From Gammaproteobacteria bacterium (GTDB lineage Bacteria; Pseudomonadota; Gammaproteobacteria; GCA-002705445; GCA-002716945): a stretch of DNA of 64,000 nucleotides. Positions 60,181 through 64,000 of the stretch are shown piece by piece (within the stretch, counting starts at the first letter, position 1; each line of letters begins with the position of its first letter). The position numbers and the translations under genes were made by a program. The notes beneath the pieces were generated by a model, which did not search any database, was not told where the DNA came from, and worked only from the letters and a program-made list of their open reading frames with translations. The stretch is from assembly GCA_029246085.1 (NCBI GenBank), contig JAQWOB010000003.1, positions 7,608-71,607 of the forward strand, in the 5' to 3' direction.

Positions 60181-60954
60181 TTATGGATTCATAGAAGTTA
60201 TTTTTTTATGAATACCTGTCCATAAATCATATCGGATCTCTATGCTCTTAATTGCCGCATCCAAAGCTTGATTGTATTTTAAATCATTATTTTCATATGA
60301 CTTTTCAAACAGTATTAATGATAATGGCCCATGCCTATTTGAATCTATATCAATATGTCTTTTTAAATAAAGTTTCAGGGAATCATATTTTGAAGACAGG
60401 CCAATTTTTGCTAATAGTTGCTCAAACATTCCAGGAAGAGTTGTTTCTCTACCATATGTGAATAATGCAGATATAATATGGAGCTCATTTGTATTCAGTA
60501 ATTTGTTATTTTCATTTAAAAAATTAAAACATTCAGGCTCTAGATCGTATTTATCAAAGCCCTTTAGTTTATTTCTTGAAGTATCATTTATTATAGACTC
60601 AATTATATCTGTTTTTGCATTAATATTTTTCATGCTAGATAGATATAAATCAAAATGTGACATAAAAATGCCATCTGAAATTTCATCTGATTCTTCAGCC
60701 ATAACTATTTCATTTATTAATCTTGTTATTCCATTTTTAGAAAAACTATTTGGATACCAAGGTGTTGATGATGGACAAATTATACTCTGTAATTTTTTTA
60801 CAATGCACATAAAATCCCAGACCGCAAAGACATGAAACTCCATGAATATCTTTAAATGATCTTCTGTAAATACATAACTCTTAGAGAGTAATGGATGATT
60901 ATTCAACGTATCTATTTTTTTTTTGAGTATAAGTTCCTTCTTCATTATTTTCAC
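60181..60954 (-). CDS. DUF3050 family protein (predicted haem-oxygenase-like fold).
   Basis: 257 aa. N-terminal HVFAVWDFMCIVKKLQ and INEIVMAEESDE segments match my recollection of the DUF3050 consensus. Several spaced His/Glu/Asp residues are present. Confidence 0.65.
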   Translation of the reverse strand: MKIMKKELILKKKIDTLNNHPLLSKSYVFTEDHLKIFMEFHVFAVWDFMCIVKKLQSIICPSSTPWYPNSFSKNGITRLINEIVMAEESDEISDGIFMSHFDLYLSSMKNINAKTDIIESIINDTSRNKLKGFDKYDLEPECFNFLNENNKLLNTNELHIISALFTYGRETTLPGMFEQLLAKIGLSSKYDSLKLYLKRHIDIDSNRHGPLSLILFEKSYENNDLKYNQALDAAIKSIEIRYDLWTGIHKKITSMNP

Positions 60955-61025
60955 ATCATTCCTTTGAGTTAGATTATTACTAGATGTTAAATATATTATA
61001 TTATTTAGTATTTTTAAATATCAGT

Positions 61026-61060
61026 CACTGGCAAGAAAATACTTAATCTTCTTGCCAGTG
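61026..61060. terminator. 12-bp perfect hairpin (CACTGGCAAGAA-11 nt-TTCTTGCCAGTG), between the TonB-dependent receptor stop and the DUF3050 start. Possible terminator or attenuator.
   Basis: Read directly from the sequence. On the transcribed (minus) strand it is followed by an A/T-rich tract rather than a clean U-run. Confidence 0.4.
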
Positions 61061-61070
61061 GCCTTATATG

Positions 61071-63032
61071 TTAGAAGTTATATCTCATGGATACATCAAT
61101 CCCATAATTTGCTCCTTGAACGGGAACATGATCTTTGATCAGAGATGAATGGTTTCTAATAGTTTTATTTAGAATATTATTCCCATAAAGATTGAATACT
61201 AAATCTTTATTAGAATCATAAGTAATCTTTTTAGAATATCCTATATCTAAATCAAGGTGTGAATTTGTCTTAGTCTCAATAGAAGACATATCACCTTGAG
61301 ATTCTGTATATATAAGATTTGCGTAATAAGTATCACTTTTATTATTTTCATACTTTAGAGATAAAGTATTTTTAGCAGGGCTTAATCGAGGTATATATGT
61401 ATTATCATCAAATACACCCGAAATATCGTCTCTACTCAATGTTACTAATAGGTCACCATTTCCTATCATGTATGAGCTAGACATTGATATTTCATAGCCT
61501 TGCATAACTGCACTTTTTTGACTCCAAGTTGCATCAGTCTTGCCACTAGTAGTCGTAGACTCATCTTTCAAGTAAATAAAATTATTAATATTATTTCGAT
61601 ATAAGTTCAAGTTCATATCTATATCATTAAAATTATATTCTAAATTTAATTCAATATTTCTTGATACTTCTCTTGAAATTCTATTATTCCCACGTTCATA
61701 TCTTGAAGTAGCTCCATGCACGCCGTTTGCAAACAGTTCAGCTACAGATGGACTTCTAGATATATGGGCATAATTCATATTATACATGAATGATTCTCCA
61801 AGATTAGCAGCAAAACTTGTACCAAAGCTCAAGGATGTATCTCCATATCTTTGGTTATCACTATCTCTGGAATTAGATTCATATCTACCAGCAAAATCTA
61901 TTTCATATGGTCTATTTTTAGTCCTTATGAAATAAGATATTGATCTTTCATATGCCTCTGATGATGGCAGATAAGCGCCTGTCATCGGAGATTTAGTATG
62001 ACCATACTGAAGGAGAAATCTTTTTTCATATAACTCATCATCTAAATTAAAATTGAAATCAAATGATGTTCTATTGCTGTCTAAAGATGCAGATCCATCC
62101 TCTTCATGCTCTTTTAAAAAAGAGTTTGAATTTCTAAAAGAATAGTCAATAGAATTAAAAAGTGGAACTGTATTAAATTTACCTTTTAAAGTATATGTTT
62201 CAGTTTCAGTTTTTGTAAATAACCTATGTTCTTCCTCTTCTTCATGATGCCCCTCTTCTTCTTCTTCAGCATGATATGGAAGACCATAAACGCCATCCGT
62301 ATTCTCAAAAGAGAAGCCAAAGTATCCCCACTCTCTTGGAAAAGATAGACCAAAACTAGTGTTTTGATTTTTATGGTCTGAGTTAGCAAGTGTGCTTAGC
62401 TCTAACCCTGTATCCTCGCTCAAAAGAGAGCCATTGGGTATATTATAGTTATCCATATGTTTGTTATTAATAGAAAAGAATATATTTGCATTTAAGTAGT
62501 TTTTCTTAAATAAAAAATTATGTCCATATCCATTATTAACTGTTGTGTAATCAAGCTTTATGACTTCATTGTCATATTTATTTTCGCTTATGATGTCTGT
62601 GATGACATTAATAATGCCGCCACTAGTTCCACCACGATTAAATATTGACGAAGGTCCTCTTAATATTTCTATATGTGAAATATTATTCAAATCAATATTA
62701 TTTATATGATCCCCGCTCAAATTACTGAGATCATTTATAGGTATATTATTTGAAAGCAATCTTGTTCGATTGCCAGTTAAACCTCTTATTACAGGCTGCC
62801 CAACAGCTGCACCATAATCTGCATTTGATAATCCGGATAATCCTTTGAGGTTATCCCCGATACTTCTGTTAACATTTATCTCTTCATTTTGCATGATATG
62901 CAGCGGATATTTACTCTCACTAATTGAGTTAGTAAATTCAGATGATGTAACACTGATATCACTCAGTTCTTCAGCTGATACTACATTAATGCATACAAAT
63001 AATAGAGAAACTATGAAAATGTTTTTAAACAT
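61071..63032 (-). CDS. TonB-dependent outer-membrane receptor with a His/Glu-rich loop (ZnuD-like candidate metal receptor).
   Basis: 653 aa. Signal peptide (MFKNIFIVSLLFVCINVVSA|EE), plug-domain motif (ILRGPSSIFNRGGTSGGIINVIT) and a C-terminal aromatic terminus (MRYNF). Internal motif HAEEEEEGHHEEEEEH. Good RBS (AAAGGAGACACAAATG). Confidence 0.9.
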   Translation of the reverse strand: MFKNIFIVSLLFVCINVVSAEELSDISVTSSEFTNSISESKYPLHIMQNEEINVNRSIGDNLKGLSGLSNADYGAAVGQPVIRGLTGNRTRLLSNNIPINDLSNLSGDHINNIDLNNISHIEILRGPSSIFNRGGTSGGIINVITDIISENKYDNEVIKLDYTTVNNGYGHNFLFKKNYLNANIFFSINNKHMDNYNIPNGSLLSEDTGLELSTLANSDHKNQNTSFGLSFPREWGYFGFSFENTDGVYGLPYHAEEEEEGHHEEEEEHRLFTKTETETYTLKGKFNTVPLFNSIDYSFRNSNSFLKEHEEDGSASLDSNRTSFDFNFNLDDELYEKRFLLQYGHTKSPMTGAYLPSSEAYERSISYFIRTKNRPYEIDFAGRYESNSRDSDNQRYGDTSLSFGTSFAANLGESFMYNMNYAHISRSPSVAELFANGVHGATSRYERGNNRISREVSRNIELNLEYNFNDIDMNLNLYRNNINNFIYLKDESTTTSGKTDATWSQKSAVMQGYEISMSSSYMIGNGDLLVTLSRDDISGVFDDNTYIPRLSPAKNTLSLKYENNKSDTYYANLIYTESQGDMSSIETKTNSHLDLDIGYSKKITYDSNKDLVFNLYGNNILNKTIRNHSSLIKDHVPVQGANYGIDVSMRYNF

Positions 63033-63072
63033 TTGTGTCTCCTTTATAAATTAATTTAAATTAAATTGAATT

Positions 63073-63360
63073 CTATAAAAGAGGCGGTGCCCTAGAACTA
63101 AATGGAGATTTTTGATTGTTACTTATTAAAAAAGGTTGTAAGTATGATGCAATGAGCAAAATACCAAGAATTTGTAAAATTAAATTTGAGCCTATGATAG
63201 GAAGAGCAGAATTGGAGCTCAAATGACATGTTATACACTGATGACTCTCTTCATTCTCATGCTCATCAAAATGTAAGTGAAACTCACTTATCATCTGTGA
63301 TGAAATAAACAAAGCTAAGACAATTTTAACAATTAATTTTACAGATTTATTTTTTGTCAT
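63073..63360 (-). CDS. Small His/Cys-containing membrane protein upstream of the TonB-dependent receptor (DUF2946-like metal-binding candidate).
   Basis: 95 aa with an N-terminal TM/signal, the motif EFHLHFDEHENEESHQCITCH, and a second hydrophobic segment. The family assignment is an inference from motif and position. Confidence 0.5.
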   Translation of the reverse strand: MTKNKSVKLIVKIVLALFISSQMISEFHLHFDEHENEESHQCITCHLSSNSALPIIGSNLILQILGILLIASYLQPFLISNNQKSPFSSRAPPLL

Positions 63361-63378
63361 ATATTTGTCTATTTAAAA

Positions 63379-63452
63379 TGGGCCCGGGAGGACTCGAACC
63401 TCCGACCAATGGATTATGAGTCCACTGCTCTAACCAACTGAGCTACAGGCCC
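63379..63452 (-). tRNA. tRNA with anticodon CAU. This is either elongator tRNA-Met or lysidine-modified tRNA-Ile2; the variable loop resembles E. coli ileX.
   Basis: Reverse-complement gives GGGCCTG-TA-GCTC-AGTTGGTTA-GAGC-A-GTGGA-CTCATAA-TCCAT-TGGTC-GGAGG-TTCGAGT-CCTCC-CGGGCCC-A, which folds into a canonical 74-nt cloverleaf. CCA is not encoded. Confidence 0.9.
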
Positions 63453-63454
63453 GA

Positions 63455-63925
63455 TTATTTATTAAAAAAACTCAATTTCTTTTTTTTTAAATACTTTTGA
63501 TGATATTCTTCAGCTATCCAAAAATTACCATTGAGCTCAATTGTGGTAACTATCTTATTGTTAAACTTGTTCCTATTCAATTCTTTTATTTTATTTTCGC
63601 TAGAAAGCACTTCGAAATCATTTTGACAAAATATTGCTGATCTATATTGTGTCCCAAAATCTGGTCCTTGGCTGTTTAGTGTCGTAGGATCATGTATTTC
63701 AAAAAATAAGTCCAAGAGTTGATCATAAGTAATTATTTCTTTATTATAAAATACTCTAACTGCTTCAGCATGAAATGTATCTCCTTGGCATATGTCTTTA
63801 TATGTTGGATTATTGGTTTTCCCACCAATATAGCCAACCTCTGTTCCAATGACACCTTCCGCAGAACTAAATTTATCTTCAATACCCCAAAAACAACCAG
63901 CTGCCAATATTGCTACATCACTCAT
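63455..63925 (-). CDS. msrA: Peptide methionine sulfoxide reductase MsrA.
   Basis: 156 aa with the N-terminal active site AILAAGCFWGIE and the conserved GYIGG...YxxICxG region. Confidence 0.93.
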   Translation of the reverse strand: MSDVAILAAGCFWGIEDKFSSAEGVIGTEVGYIGGKTNNPTYKDICQGDTFHAEAVRVFYNKEIITYDQLLDLFFEIHDPTTLNSQGPDFGTQYRSAIFCQNDFEVLSSENKIKELNRNKFNNKIVTTIELNGNFWIAEEYHQKYLKKKKLSFFNK

Positions 63926-64000
63926 TATCTAGGAAACTTTTTAGATTGTGGGCCCTAGACGGATGTCTAAGTTTTCTTAATGCTTTTGCTTCAATTTGTC

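Noticed and set aside
60252-60835. Two plus-strand ORFs (69 and 125 aa) in the DUF3050 region.
   Set aside because: Antisense to the DUF3050 CDS. Their hydrophobic, low-complexity products look like AT-rich shadow frames.
62186-62389. 67-aa Lys-rich minus-strand ORF inside the TonB-dependent receptor.
   Set aside because: It is an alternative frame of the receptor gene across the GAA-repeat. Its K-rich product is a frame artefact of the Glu-repeat.
63379-63452. The tRNA gene as an integration site for a prophage or genomic island.
   Set aside because: No integrase, phage or IS genes are adjacent. The only tyrosine recombinase in the window is housekeeping xerC in its canonical lysA-dapF-xerC context 42 kb away. 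The adjacent module is kept as a finding, but a mobile-element call is not supported.
1-64000. A scan for CRISPR arrays, tandem direct repeats, IS elements, toxin-antitoxin pairs or restriction-modification systems.
   Set aside because: No regularly spaced direct repeats, transposase- or integrase-like ORFs, or methyltransferase or endonuclease signatures were seen. All long ORFs are accounted for by housekeeping functions.

Overview
The window is an AT-rich (roughly 30% GC by eye), tightly packed chromosomal segment from a streamlined proteobacterium. Gene order is mostly gammaproteobacterium-like, with one betaproteobacterium-like feature (hisBHAF-hisE-tatABC). It contains the replication-initiation neighbourhood: mnmG-mnmE-yidC-yidD-rnpA-rpmH on the minus strand, divergent from dnaA-dnaN-recF-gyrB. 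The rest is almost entirely housekeeping: hemCD, argH, lptM-like/lysA/dapF/xerC, recG, ccmABC, pyrE, argB, dut, coaBC, bioBF, ubiA, aroE, hemB, hemF, tsaC, topA, def-fmt-trkAH, lpxL, hisBHAFE and tatABC. No mobile elements, CRISPR arrays or prophage are visible. Non-routine content is sparse. First, a small tRNA-Met-flanked module at 60.2-63.4 kb encodes a TonB-dependent receptor carrying an HAEEEEEGHHEEEEEH loop, an upstream 95-aa His/Cys membrane protein, and a DUF3050 (heme-oxygenase-like) protein. Second, an Fae (formaldehyde-activating enzyme)-like gene is fused into the ubiA operon. Third, there is an orphan ParF-type small ParA ATPase. Fourth, two orphan small proteins (one secreted) lie between argH and an esterase. 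Fifth, the ccm locus is split and convergent. Sixth, a 376-nt ORF-free convergent intergenic region contains a perfect 13-bp palindrome. All functional calls were made by eye from motif and homology recall on the translated ORFs, with no database search run.
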